IMG/VR virus record: IMGVR_UViG_3300006201_000014 | Span: 6,784-70,783 of that record | Length of the DNA stretch: 64,000 nt | Direction: 5' to 3' (one strand) | From: a virus | Lineage: Duplodnaviria; Caudoviricetes | Part shown: positions 48,633 to 59,182 of the stretch, piece after piece | How the letters are laid out: every line of letters starts with the position of its first letter | How positions within the stretch are numbered: the stretch's first letter is position 1 | Made by a program: the position numbers and the translations under genes | Notes under the pieces: model-generated | The model's database searches: none | Told to the model about the DNA's origin: nothing | Seen by the model: only the letters and a program-made list of their open reading frames with translations

Positions 48633-49205
48633 TTACATTCTGTCAATTTTTTCCCATGTATACATTTCTTTTTGTACAATACTGTGAACAAAGCTGTTCT
48701 TACCTTCAGCCTCTTCATATTCTTCAATCAAATCTTCTAAGGCTTCTAATTCCATATCATTTATTTTACCGAGAGAATGATAATATCTATAAGATTGGCT
48801 TATTTTATCTTTAAGTTCTGCTCTGATACGCTTATTATTTCTTCGCTCACTTTCGATAAATCTCTCATCTGTATTACGTTGCATGTCATCAATTTTTTGG
48901 GAAATATTAGATAATGATTCTGAAAGCTTTTTTTGTGCATCTGTCAATTCTTTTTGAATGGCAATAGATTGTTCACGATCATGAATTCTGTTGTCCATTA
49001 TTTCTTTGATATTTGCTTGATTATTTTTTATTGTCTGTAATATTTCTTCTTTATTTTTCTTTTTGTTATATACATCATTAAATAGTTCTAAAATTACTTT
49101 TCGGTTTTTAATGATAATACAACATAGAAAGATAAGAATTATAACTGCAACAACTATAATTGCTGGATTGATATCAATTAGATACTTAGTTAATAGTTTT
49201 TCCAT
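48633..49205 (-). CDS. Membrane-anchored coiled-coil protein (holin-associated)
   Basis: N-terminal TM helix; follows the endolysin. Confidence 0.6.
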   Translation of the reverse strand: MEKLLTKYLIDINPAIIVVAVIILIFLCCIIIKNRKVILELFNDVYNKKKNKEEILQTIKNNQANIKEIMDNRIHDREQSIAIQKELTDAQKKLSESLSNISQKIDDMQRNTDERFIESERRNNKRIRAELKDKISQSYRYYHSLGKINDMELEALEDLIEEYEEAEGKNSFVHSIVQKEMYTWEKIDRM

Positions 49206-49221
49206 TCCATAAATTGCCTTT

Positions 49222-50586
49222 CTACCTTAATCCCAAAAGGGATCTCCAGGTATTTTTTTTCGATGTTACCTCTCCATCTGCAACGCATCCATTTGCTTTC
49301 TGATATGCTTTAATAGCTGCATCAAATTTCACACCAATAATTCCATCGACAGTTCCGCAGTCAAAGCCCAATACATTTAAGTATTTTTGAAGCGGTTTTA
49401 CGACAGCATGACGATTGTTTTTGGACATGGAGACAGTGACAGTTTTAGATAAAGTTTCAGAACCAGCAATTCCATCCACCTTTGCGCCGATAGCAGCCTG
49501 CACATCTTTAATAAATTGCGTTTGATTGTAGGCAGAATCAACTCCGGTTGATATAGAAGAATCATTTTTAAAACGATCTGGCACACTGATAGTCCACATA
49601 TATTTTACCTGTTTAGCAAACAGTGCCCATGTATTTTTAATTCTTGTTGATTTAGTTGATGCAGGATCATTAATGTAGACATATCCGTTTTCATATCCAT
49701 ATAATAGGATAAAGTGACCAGAGGAAGTCCAATTGCCTTTGCCCATACAAGCGATTACCCAATCTCCATTTTTCAATGCGTTCAGCGCTTCGGTGTGAGC
49801 GACAGAAGATGACTTGCCATATAAATTGGATGTATTTAATCGTTTACATCCTATCCCATAGGCGGACATCTGGGGGACAAAATAGGTATAAAATGTCCCT
49901 TGGTTCAATGCTTTGTAGCCATGTGCCATAGACCATTCAGATGTGATAACTGGAGTAACATTTTTATCTTTTAAAGTAGCAATTACCATAGCCGCAGTAG
50001 TGGGGCCACATCCAGCACTTCCAATAGTTTTACTTTCACCTTTTGCTGAATAATTATGATTTTTCCACTTGGGATCTGTTTGCAGATAGCTAACGGGCTT
50101 AGCAAATTTTATGGTAGCAGGAATAGATGCGGGTGAAAGTGGAGGAGTAGTAATAGAAGAAATGGGCCTATCAAACAACTCCTTTTCAGTAGCACGTCTA
50201 TTCATAAGTCCCTGTAACACCTTGCCACCAGCCTTGTTGTACGCTGTGATTTTTGCACTAATTTCTGCAATAGTACGTTGCCCATTATTCAATAATGTCT
50301 TTAAGTTCCCACTACCACAATTGAAAGTGAAACTAACAAGTGCATCAAACTGATTTTGATTCCAATTATATTTACTATAACTATTTACAGATTTTTCAGC
50401 ATTAGTACAATCGGCTTTTAGGAAAGCATCAGCCTGTGCTTGCGCTATTGTCTGTCCTTTTCGCACCCCAGATGTATGACCATAACCGATAGTCCATACA
50501 CCAACACTATCTTGATATGCAGTTAATCTACAGCCTTCAAATTTTTTGATGAGAGCAAGTCCATTATTACTGATTGATAAACTCAT
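49222..50586 (-). CDS. Endolysin: GH24 lysozyme + C39-like peptidase + peptidoglycan-binding domains
   Basis: FEGCRL.AYQD..GVWTIGYGHT; YLQTD..W...AGCGPT...H; DG..G..T...YQ...G...DG. Confidence 0.88.
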   Translation of the reverse strand: MSLSISNNGLALIKKFEGCRLTAYQDSVGVWTIGYGHTSGVRKGQTIAQAQADAFLKADCTNAEKSVNSYSKYNWNQNQFDALVSFTFNCGSGNLKTLLNNGQRTIAEISAKITAYNKAGGKVLQGLMNRRATEKELFDRPISSITTPPLSPASIPATIKFAKPVSYLQTDPKWKNHNYSAKGESKTIGSAGCGPTTAAMVIATLKDKNVTPVITSEWSMAHGYKALNQGTFYTYFVPQMSAYGIGCKRLNTSNLYGKSSSVAHTEALNALKNGDWVIACMGKGNWTSSGHFILLYGYENGYVYINDPASTKSTRIKNTWALFAKQVKYMWTISVPDRFKNDSSISTGVDSAYNQTQFIKDVQAAIGAKVDGIAGSETLSKTVTVSMSKNNRHAVVKPLQKYLNVLGFDCGTVDGIIGVKFDAAIKAYQKANGCVADGEVTSKKNTWRSLLGLR

Positions 50587-50594
50587 ATTATCAC

Positions 50595-50984
50595 CTAACT
50601 TTCATCATCCGTAGATTCATTATTTTCTAACATATCTCTCAGCGTTGGTAATGCAGAGTCAATTAAATCATCAATCCATTTAATTAGTTTATTTTGATCT
50701 ACAATTTTTTTAAAAATTGGGTAATCTTCATAAATCTGCGAGATTACTTTAGAACGTTTTAGACTTCCACTTTGTATGATTTCGGCATACTCAAATTCTG
50801 CGTCAGAAATATATTTTAAAATAATTTCTTGTAATTGAGACTTTACTAATTTAATTTTTGCTTCTTCTGATAAAGAAATCCAATTCTTAACTTTTCTATA
50901 AATAGCAATACACAAACCAGCACAAATAACAATCAGTGACCAGTTATCATAAATGTATTGCAGAGCATTTTTTAAAGATTCCAT
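50595..50984 (-). CDS. Holin-like protein
   Basis: Single N-terminal TM helix; directly upstream of the endolysin. Confidence 0.55.
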   Translation of the reverse strand: MESLKNALQYIYDNWSLIVICAGLCIAIYRKVKNWISLSEEAKIKLVKSQLQEIILKYISDAEFEYAEIIQSGSLKRSKVISQIYEDYPIFKKIVDQNKLIKWIDDLIDSALPTLRDMLENNESTDDES

Positions 50985-51072
50985 ATGTATCCTTTCTGAA
51001 TGACATCATCATTAATTTGTGATAAATTTATTATGCTGTAATCTGTATAATTTCTTGAATTTAAATATATTG

Positions 51073-51422
51073 TTATTCACTAATCTTATTTTTAGCGAGT
51101 TCTGTTTCTATACTTTCTTTTCTTTTTCTCGAAGGTGCTTTAACTTTCTCTGATTCTTTCAGAATTTCTTTTATTATTGTTTTAATTTCGGGGTTAAAAT
51201 TTTCAAGCCCAGTTAAATCGCAATTTTCTAATTCTTTTTTTGCAATTTCTAAATTTTTAGTTAGCGTATATCCATGAATCGCTAAAAATATTTTGTAATG
51301 TTCAACACTATCTGTAATACTTCTCCACGGATAAAAAGTTTTTTGCTCTCTGCATGAGTTACAAACATGATAACCCTGCCCGCAAATTTTACAAAAAGCG
51401 TTAATATTGTTTTCTCCCATAT
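51073..51422 (-). CDS. Hypothetical Zn-binding protein
   Basis: CKICG..YHVC.SC; ATG at 51422 after GGAGGA. Confidence 0.65.
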
Positions 51423-51472
51423 GTTCCTCCATCAAAAGAAGAGAGAGAATTTCTTCTCTCCCTAATTTGGAA

Positions 51473-52267
51473 TTAGTCTTCACTCACAATTACATCGAAA
51501 AGTGTTGCAAACTCGTCACAATATGGTTTCTGTAACTTATATGAAGCACTGTGCTTACCATCACTTGTAAGATTTACATCTACACTGGACGGGTCAATTT
51601 GTGCTCTCTGGCACTGAATAACACCTGCGTATACTAGATTGGCATCACACGGATCTCTAAAAATTGCATGAATAAGTAATTTCCTTACTGGAGGCATACT
51701 TTCAGTATTTTTAGATATTTTAACTGCACTTGCAGTTTCCTTATTATAAGAAACGAATACTCGCCCAGTTACACCTTCAGGAAGTGTAATGGTTTTATTT
51801 TTTGCGTCAAGAGTAAATTTACCCTCAGCGGCAGTAGCGGACACCTCGTATGTTTCTCCAAAAGTATTGTTCGCATTAATTACCTTAACATATTTGATTT
51901 CTGCGCCTTCTGTTCCAACAGGAATATACTTTAGTGTTACAGTACCGTCATTACCAATCTGAATTGTTTCTGAGACAGGCATGACAATTTTATTTTCATC
52001 AGATGCAATGATTTTCTCAGAACCAAACTGACTGGCCATAAGGTCTAAAGAATGTAAACTATTTGTGAAACTAAAATTTCCTTTAGAATTACGATAGAAG
52101 GTATGAATTGGTGTTCCCATGGCATCCGTTACATCTGTAGAATCAGCAGATGTGTTTAAGACGGGATTCTCGATCTGTGTATACCGCCCCATAATTTCGT
52201 CAGTAGAAGGATTATACTCTTCAACTGCTCTAATCTTTTCTAAAATAAGTTCATTTGGATTAAACAT
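51473..52267 (-). CDS. Major tail (tube) protein, putative
   Basis: Size, position and beta-rich composition in the neck-to-tail gene order. Confidence 0.6.
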   Translation of the reverse strand: MFNPNELILEKIRAVEEYNPSTDEIMGRYTQIENPVLNTSADSTDVTDAMGTPIHTFYRNSKGNFSFTNSLHSLDLMASQFGSEKIIASDENKIVMPVSETIQIGNDGTVTLKYIPVGTEGAEIKYVKVINANNTFGETYEVSATAAEGKFTLDAKNKTITLPEGVTGRVFVSYNKETASAVKISKNTESMPPVRKLLIHAIFRDPCDANLVYAGVIQCQRAQIDPSSVDVNLTSDGKHSASYKLQKPYCDEFATLFDVIVSED

Positions 52268-52307
52268 TTTATTTCCTCCTAGTTTTTTGCAATAAAAAAG
52301 AAGAACT

Positions 52308-53165
52308 CTAATCGAGTTCTCCCATCCAATCTAATTGTTTTTTGTCTATGTCTTTTAAATTGATTCCGAATCCTGAATAACCAGATTGTAAAAGCAGATT
52401 TGAATTTTTAATCTTAGATATTCTTTTTACAGAATCCATAAAAGCATTTATTCTCATATCCCAAACTTGAGAATGATTGTATTTGAATCCTTCACAATTA
52501 ATCATTGCAGAGATTAAATTTTTTAATTGCGAATGGTATTCCTTATTTTTATTTCTCTGCATTTCTTCTCTATCGTCCTCGATAAGAATTATTTTTGTTG
52601 TTTCATTTGCAGGTATCTTTTCATCCTTATAAACATTATGCACTTTCCTTAAATAATCTATGATGAGATTATATGTAAATTCATCTATAATTACTTCATC
52701 ATATTCAACAATAGATTCTTCATTTTTGTTGATTCTTAAAATATTTTTTATTTTAGTAATTATTTTAGAAAGAATGTCATTATTACTAGTATTATCTGAG
52801 CTTTTTTCTATGCGTTGATATAGCAAAATATCTCCATTATCTTTTCGCTGCATCATTTGAAATTTAGTTAAATCCAAATCTCCGAAAATAATAGAAGTCT
52901 TATCTTTTGTAAAAAGTTTATATAACATATTACAAAATAGTTCATATGGAGTTATTTTAGTATAGTCAATTCTTGGCTCCATATCCCACAACTGAACTTT
53001 CAGTGTTTGTGGCGTTGCAGTTAAGTAATAAATCATTGAGTAATATTCTTGCTCCCCGTATTCACATATCTCAGACAAAGAAGGTTGATGGATTTTAATG
53101 TGTTCTGATACAACAAAATCTTCTCCACGATAAATTTTTAGTTCATCATTTTGCAAAAGCATCAC
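52308..53165 (-). CDS. Conserved tail-module protein
   Basis: ORF track; operon position. Confidence 0.6.
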   Translation of the reverse strand: MMLLQNDELKIYRGEDFVVSEHIKIHQPSLSEICEYGEQEYYSMIYYLTATPQTLKVQLWDMEPRIDYTKITPYELFCNMLYKLFTKDKTSIIFGDLDLTKFQMMQRKDNGDILLYQRIEKSSDNTSNNDILSKIITKIKNILRINKNEESIVEYDEVIIDEFTYNLIIDYLRKVHNVYKDEKIPANETTKIILIEDDREEMQRNKNKEYHSQLKNLISAMINCEGFKYNHSQVWDMRINAFMDSVKRISKIKNSNLLLQSGYSGFGINLKDIDKKQLDWMGELD

Positions 53166-53653
53166 TACCTTTCACACATAGAACTATTAATATCAACAGT
53201 CTCAAATATAAGATGGCGATAAAGAAAATCTTTATTGTAAGTCCCTTCTTGATTTAGAATACACTTTAATTCTCCAATACCACCGTATTCTGTAGAGCCA
53301 TTAAGCATATTTTCTAATAACATTGATAAATAATCGCATCGGTTGTCTTTTGTTATTTTTCGATCCATTTTCATATGTCCATGATGGCAATATATCCAAA
53401 TTTCAAGAGTAGGGGTAACATATGTTTTATTTCTATCTCTTGACTTCGTATGAACCATAACAGTCATATACATATCAGTTATTGTGATGGTCTCAGGTAT
53501 TTTATTATATGTAAAAATATGAGTATCTTTTAAATCGCCACCATTTTCACAATCACTTGCCCCAAAAGTGTAAAATATAGTGTCATCATGTGTGATTGCA
53601 TCTATGACACGTTTTTTCAAATCTGAGATTATTGTTCCATTTGCCATATTCAA
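53165..53653 (-). CDS. Tail completion/terminator-like protein
   Basis: Size and position. Confidence 0.5.
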   Translation of the reverse strand: MNMANGTIISDLKKRVIDAITHDDTIFYTFGASDCENGGDLKDTHIFTYNKIPETITITDMYMTVMVHTKSRDRNKTYVTPTLEIWIYCHHGHMKMDRKITKDNRCDYLSMLLENMLNGSTEYGGIGELKCILNQEGTYNKDFLYRHLIFETVDINSSMCER

Positions 53654-53658
53654 TCACC

Positions 53659-54693
53659 TCAATCAACGATATTTACTTTTATTTCTGATAACACAATTTT
53701 TCCAACACGAACAGATACAAAAAAAGAATCTCCAATAAGGTTCTCATTATTTACAGAAACGGTTATTTTGTTATCACTAATAGTCTGTTTAATATAGAAA
53801 TCTGATTTTACATTCCAATGATAATTTACTTCCTGCCAGTCAACAGAATTTCCGTCTTTATCTGTAAACGTAACAGTATATGTACGCCTATATCCATTTT
53901 TCAAGTTTGTGTTTCCAGAGATAACACACCTTAAATCTGTCGTTTCATCGGGTTCTGATGGGATGGGTGGGAGAGGAGTATGAGAATTATTATAATTACA
54001 GATCCATACTTCCTGACCGTTTTCCATAATAACTTTCTTATCAGCATTTGGGTTAAAAGCATCAAACGACATAGTTACAATCATTGTGCTGCCACGACCA
54101 AAATATTGATTGTCACTCAACTTGACTTTTCTATTGGTAAGCGTATAAACATCAGGTTGTTCACTATCTTCAAAATCAATAGGGAAACGCATATCACGCT
54201 TTAACTTTTTAGTTTCTTCGTCCACAGGAAGAGTTAATCCATACTGGTTGTCTCCAATGGTGATAGTATTGTTTCCTGTAACACCATTTGAATACTTCGT
54301 AAAATCTTCGGCATAAACATAACGCTCAATGATCTTACCGTCTGAATTTTGCCAGCGGAGAGGGACAGTACAAAGATACATATAACCAGAGTGATATGTT
54401 TTATCGTCAGTATCAACCAAAGTAACAAGCCATATCTGATTATTCCACTCAATATAATCTCCAAGATTAAATGGCTCAGATGGTCTTGATTTTATCTTTT
54501 TCTTGAATGTATTATTATCAGTATCTTTGATAATTAGTAACTCAAACGGTTCTCCATTTCTTTTTACAACATGATAATCAACTGTATCAGCAAAACACTC
54601 ATCTACATGACGGTTCAGTAAATACAAATCAGTTTCTTGCCTACTATTTGATTTATATGTATTATTGATTTTCTGTAAGTAACTAATATCCAT
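53659..54693 (-). CDS. Head-closure-like protein with an Ig-like C-terminus
   Basis: Position after the adaptor; GDYIEWNNQIWLV motif. Confidence 0.5.
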   Translation of the reverse strand: MDISYLQKINNTYKSNSRQETDLYLLNRHVDECFADTVDYHVVKRNGEPFELLIIKDTDNNTFKKKIKSRPSEPFNLGDYIEWNNQIWLVTLVDTDDKTYHSGYMYLCTVPLRWQNSDGKIIERYVYAEDFTKYSNGVTGNNTITIGDNQYGLTLPVDEETKKLKRDMRFPIDFEDSEQPDVYTLTNRKVKLSDNQYFGRGSTMIVTMSFDAFNPNADKKVIMENGQEVWICNYNNSHTPLPPIPSEPDETTDLRCVISGNTNLKNGYRRTYTVTFTDKDGNSVDWQEVNYHWNVKSDFYIKQTISDNKITVSVNNENLIGDSFFVSVRVGKIVLSEIKVNIVD

Positions 54694-54706
54694 ATCCAGT
54701 TACCTC

Positions 54707-55201
54707 CTACTCATCATATTGGCTATAATTGATTGTTTTACGTTTGCCAGTCTTTCTATCTGTAGAAATATATCTCGATATATCATTTCGGTTTTCTGCC
54801 TTAATTCTTGCCAACATATTTTCAAATGAAGCACGTTCATTAGCAGGAGAGAATTGGTTGAGATCAGAAGGAGTCATGCGAATTTTGAATGCCTTCAGTA
54901 ATGCCTCATCTCTTTCAAAATATACTTCATACATAAGTGAAGCCAATAAACCAATTTCTCTCTGTGTCAATTCAAAGCGAAACATTTCTAACTCATCGTC
55001 ATAATTATAAAAATCTACATCTGGCTCACATTTAGAAACCAATAAATCAATTGCATCATATAAATAACCTGTTGCCTGTTTCATTACAAGAGATTGTACT
55101 TCTGAAACAGACACATTATAGTATGAAAAGAAATCTTTATCCTTTTCAATTTTTCTCAGCAATCTTGATATTACCTTTTCAAAAGAAGTTGTCTGTCCCA
55201 A
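54707..55201 (-). CDS. Head-tail adaptor-like protein
   Basis: Size and position after the capsid genes. Confidence 0.5.
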   Translation of the reverse strand: MGQTTSFEKVISRLLRKIEKDKDFFSYYNVSVSEVQSLVMKQATGYLYDAIDLLVSKCEPDVDFYNYDDELEMFRFELTQREIGLLASLMYEVYFERDEALLKAFKIRMTPSDLNQFSPANERASFENMLARIKAENRNDISRYISTDRKTGKRKTINYSQYDE

Positions 55202-55215
55202 TTACAATTCCTCCT

Positions 55216-55929
55216 CTAAGTCGTAGACTTTTTAGGTCTTCCAGCTTTTTTCTTTGGAGGAGCAGTATCAGTAGCAGCATCTTCTTTAACTGTATTTTCA
55301 GATGCAATTGGCATAGAAGTATTCTGCATGGACATCATCTGTTCCATCATCTTCTTCATTTCATCCAACTGATTCTGCAAAGCCGCATTCTGAGCAGACA
55401 GTTCCTTGACTTCATCGGGTGTAGCATAAGCCTTATTAGTGTCCTTTTTGGTAAGAACAATAGAACTCTTACGCTGTCTATTGCGAAGTTCATCATATCT
55501 CTGTTCAACAATTCTGCTTACCTTAGTAGTAATATCAACACCCTGTTTCATCAGTTTGAACATGATAATACGGACTCTATCAAAATAAGTCTGATTTTCA
55601 ATATTTATGATTTTTTGTAATCCTTCCATAGTAGGATTAGTTAGAATATCAGTAATATCTTCATTAGAAAGAATATCCTGCCAATTTGCAATACGAAGTT
55701 CTTTAAATACTTCTTCCTTCACTTCATCATCAAAAGTGAGCCATCCAGTCACAATAATATCTGTATTGCTACAAATATTCTGCAACTCGCTTAAACTGAT
55801 AGGGATTACAGATGGTGTTTTACCATCCCTTGAAGCGTTAAATTTATAATGTTCCTTTGAACTGTCTACGAACACTTCATTTTCGTTATAATTTAAAACA
55901 TTGATATTTTGTGTATCAATTTTAGACAT
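55216..55929 (-). CDS. Hypothetical head-module protein
   Basis: ATG at 55929 after AAGGAGGT. Confidence 0.65.
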   Translation of the reverse strand: MSKIDTQNINVLNYNENEVFVDSSKEHYKFNASRDGKTPSVIPISLSELQNICSNTDIIVTGWLTFDDEVKEEVFKELRIANWQDILSNEDITDILTNPTMEGLQKIINIENQTYFDRVRIIMFKLMKQGVDITTKVSRIVEQRYDELRNRQRKSSIVLTKKDTNKAYATPDEVKELSAQNAALQNQLDEMKKMMEQMMSMQNTSMPIASENTVKEDAATDTAPPKKKAGRPKKSTT

Positions 55930-56104
55930 ATTTCCGATACCTCCTTTATAATTAGTGCGAGTTGGACATATGCCCAAAACCAACCCACGGTATCCCATTT
56001 ATATAAAATCAGGAAGAGAGCAGTGGGTATCTGCCTTTCGTGAGCGACACTATCTTCCTGATTTTAAGCATAAAAATAGACGGTATCTTTTATAACTTAC
56101 CAAA

Positions 56105-57100
56105 TTAGTTAGTAAGAACCATCTTGTTGCAATTCTCGATATTGGTAATACCAACAGAATAAGTGAAATCCTTAACTCTGATGATAACCTTCTCGTTAGA
56201 GTTATCTAAATCTTCATATGTATGAAGCTCGCCCTTCATATCAAGACCGCCAATCTTACCAGCCACACCGAAGATACGGAGATCAGGTAACATAAGCTGA
56301 CCCTTGCCAGTTTTCTTAGCACCAGAGATAGAAGCAATGCGAACACCATCAATGAAGTTTACAAGTCCATAACGGTTAAATTCATCCTTCATATCATTAC
56401 TCATATACTGTGCGCGACCAGACATACGACCAAGAGCCTGTGCATACTTGCTAAGACAAACAGCAACAGCAGAAGGATCTCTGTCAAGCAGATACAGATT
56501 AAACGCATCAATGGCAGTCTGTGTAGGAACCTTGCCACCAGCAGTTACTAACTGCTCACCACCAACAATTGCATTATCAATCATAGAGAATACATCATAG
56601 AAAAGTGCATTCTGTAATGCTTCCTTTGCATAAGTGGTAAGAGTAGCAACAGACTTAAATCCATTCTTTCTCAGATCCACATAAGAAAGGTCAGTTTCAA
56701 TCTGACGGTTTCTCACAATAGGCTTAACTGCTGTGAAGTCAATGTAACTTCTATCTACAGTACCGCCCTTTGCGGCTTCGTGTGCTTCAAGAGTGTTCTT
56801 TGGAGTCTTGGTGAATTCCTCATCATCAAACTCGCCAATAGAACCCCTGTCAAACATGGAATCAAGCAGTTCGTCAGGAGCATTGTAAATTTCCTCATTT
56901 ACCACCTTATTAACAAAGGCTGCGATTTCTTTCTTTTCATCGCAGCCCGTTTTCCCGATCTCTTTGCACCATGCATCAGAAATTTCATAAATTTCCTTTT
57001 CCTCTGTGCTAAGATTTCTCTTATATTCTACTTTTTCAGCAACGTCATACATAACGCCTGGCTTTTCCATAAGCTCGGCAACTTCAATTTTTAAAGACAT
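56105..57100 (-). CDS. Major capsid protein
   Basis: 331 aa, high-expression codon usage, position after the decoration-like gene. Confidence 0.75.
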   Translation of the reverse strand: MSLKIEVAELMEKPGVMYDVAEKVEYKRNLSTEEKEIYEISDAWCKEIGKTGCDEKKEIAAFVNKVVNEEIYNAPDELLDSMFDRGSIGEFDDEEFTKTPKNTLEAHEAAKGGTVDRSYIDFTAVKPIVRNRQIETDLSYVDLRKNGFKSVATLTTYAKEALQNALFYDVFSMIDNAIVGGEQLVTAGGKVPTQTAIDAFNLYLLDRDPSAVAVCLSKYAQALGRMSGRAQYMSNDMKDEFNRYGLVNFIDGVRIASISGAKKTGKGQLMLPDLRIFGVAGKIGGLDMKGELHTYEDLDNSNEKVIIRVKDFTYSVGITNIENCNKMVLTN

Positions 57101-57134
57101 ATATATGTTCTCCTTTCAAATCTTCTGTTTATTC

Positions 57135-57602
57135 TTAAGAATTAGCAACTGCTGTATCAGAAACCTCGATTACAGCCAGTTTGTGACCATTATCAGTCCA
57201 GAAACCTTTAAACACATATCTGGATTCCGCTGTTGCTTTAGCCAATTTACCATCGGTTCCTGCTGCAACACGAACGCCTTCTGCCAACCCAGTTTCGGTA
57301 TACTGGTCAGTTGCAAATCTTTCCCCAGGATAATAAGCAATCAATTTTCCGAAGTCATTCTCCTTGAGCGTCACAAAATCCTCATCGTAATCGGACATAT
57401 CACCTCTAGCTGCATTGACACCACTAGGAACACGCTCTTTATCTACAAAAAATACATCAGCAGCAGTGGCGGCAGATGTAAACTCAAAAGTCTTGTTCGT
57501 CTCATTCTTAACAACCGCCATACCAGTTACAACTTTTGTTTCACCAGCCTTATACATGGAATTTGCTGGCTTGTCTTTAGTTACCTGTAATTCTCTAAGC
57601 AT
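57135..57602 (-). CDS. Capsid decoration/cement-like protein
   Basis: Position between scaffold/protease and MCP; high-expression codon usage. Confidence 0.55.
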   Translation of the reverse strand: MLRELQVTKDKPANSMYKAGETKVVTGMAVVKNETNKTFEFTSAATAADVFFVDKERVPSGVNAARGDMSDYDEDFVTLKENDFGKLIAYYPGERFATDQYTETGLAEGVRVAAGTDGKLAKATAESRYVFKGFWTDNGHKLAVIEVSDTAVANS

Positions 57603-57616
57603 ATAAAATATCCTCC

Positions 57617-59164
57617 TTATTTCCTTAAAAAGTTTCTCATAATAGTTGCACCGTCCACGACTTCATCATCAGTATTTAGATTTGAAGCTACATGAACATC
57701 ATTTTTCGTTTCAGAAGTTTCAACCTCTGCTTCATTTTTCTTATCTACGGATGCAGACAATCTCTCACCAACAATAGCCATAAGAGATTTCTTGTCCAGA
57801 TTTTCAACATATCCAGAAAACTCTTCTGATTTTTCAATTTCTTCCCGTGTAATCTGACCAGACTTAACAACAGAAGCAATCAAATCTTCCTTTTTCTGTG
57901 CTAATTCAGTAGCTACCTTTTCCTGTTCCATCTGTGTGAATTTTTCTTTATACTGAGACAGTTCAGTATTTTCAGATTTAAGAGAAGTGATTTCAGAACT
58001 TGCCTTTACAATTAGATCATCTTTTTCTGCAATCGTCTTTTCGTATTCAGCAACTACTTCGTTGATTTTTGTTGGTTCAACAGTAAGAGTAACCTTTTCT
58101 CCATCAGAAACAGTTACGGTTTCTCCGCTTACTTCATATGTAAACTTCATAAAGTCTAACTGTGATTTTCTGCCACCATATTCACACCACACGACTTTAT
58201 CCTCTGGAAACCAAAATGCAATATAACACCAAGATGTATCACCCATTTTTGCATCACAAGCAGCACCAATACGTCTTCGTAAATCTCTTTCTGTAAGTGC
58301 TGATACCTCTGGTATATTTGCATTATCATCGGTTTTCGTATTTTCAACGTTTTCCTTTGTTTCAGAAGTTTCAGTAGAAGTATCTTCAGTTGTCTGTTCT
58401 GCTGTATCAGCAACAGGAGTTTCAACAACTGTTTCTTCCTCTGCAACATTAGTTTCAATATTTTTCTGCAAATTATTTTCCTCCTTTGCCTTATTTTCTA
58501 TATCTAAACCTTGACTAATAATGTCTTGGGATAGAGCTTCTGCAAATTCTACATCATAATTAGTCGATGCTATTTCTAGTAATCCGCTGGAATCGTAAGC
58601 TGGTGACACATCTTTTGCTAAAAGACAATGACCAATAAATCTGCCAACTTGAATTATCTTTGTCATTAATCCATCAACAATACCCTGTGAAGATTGTTCA
58701 ACTGAAATTTCCCAACTTGTATGCAATGTTCCTTCTTTAATTCTTTTGATAATGATTTCACACGCTTTAGAAAATCGTTTCCATATTTCACAAGATGCAA
58801 CAATGTATTCAACATTATTTATTGTTTCGATTTCAACATCAAAAAAAGTACCAAAGGCATCTGTATCAAATTCGACCTCATAGTATTCTTTTCCTTGTTC
58901 ATCAACCTTTTTGACTTTCTTCATATTATGACTGGTAAAATCATAAGTACCGTCATAACGCATTTTTATTTTTCCAACTAAAGGTTTATTTTTAAGAGTA
59001 GACAACCATTGATCTATACTGTTTCTATCTAAAGCAACTCCATTTTTATTCCTTCCAAAATCACATATTATAAATTTGGCAATATAAGAATCAGGATTAG
59101 AATTATCTTCAGATAAATAAACCTGTGAACTATATAGAGTGATATGATCCAAAGTTATTATCAC
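57617..59164 (-). CDS. Prohead protease / scaffold fusion, putative
   Basis: N-terminal globular domain with TLHTSWE and GHCLL, acidic linker, C-terminal coiled coil. Confidence 0.6.
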   Translation of the reverse strand: MIITLDHITLYSSQVYLSEDNSNPDSYIAKFIICDFGRNKNGVALDRNSIDQWLSTLKNKPLVGKIKMRYDGTYDFTSHNMKKVKKVDEQGKEYYEVEFDTDAFGTFFDVEIETINNVEYIVASCEIWKRFSKACEIIIKRIKEGTLHTSWEISVEQSSQGIVDGLMTKIIQVGRFIGHCLLAKDVSPAYDSSGLLEIASTNYDVEFAEALSQDIISQGLDIENKAKEENNLQKNIETNVAEEETVVETPVADTAEQTTEDTSTETSETKENVENTKTDDNANIPEVSALTERDLRRRIGAACDAKMGDTSWCYIAFWFPEDKVVWCEYGGRKSQLDFMKFTYEVSGETVTVSDGEKVTLTVEPTKINEVVAEYEKTIAEKDDLIVKASSEITSLKSENTELSQYKEKFTQMEQEKVATELAQKKEDLIASVVKSGQITREEIEKSEEFSGYVENLDKKSLMAIVGERLSASVDKKNEAEVETSETKNDVHVASNLNTDDEVVDGATIMRNFLRK

Positions 59165-59182
59165 CTCCTTAATTCCAATAAA

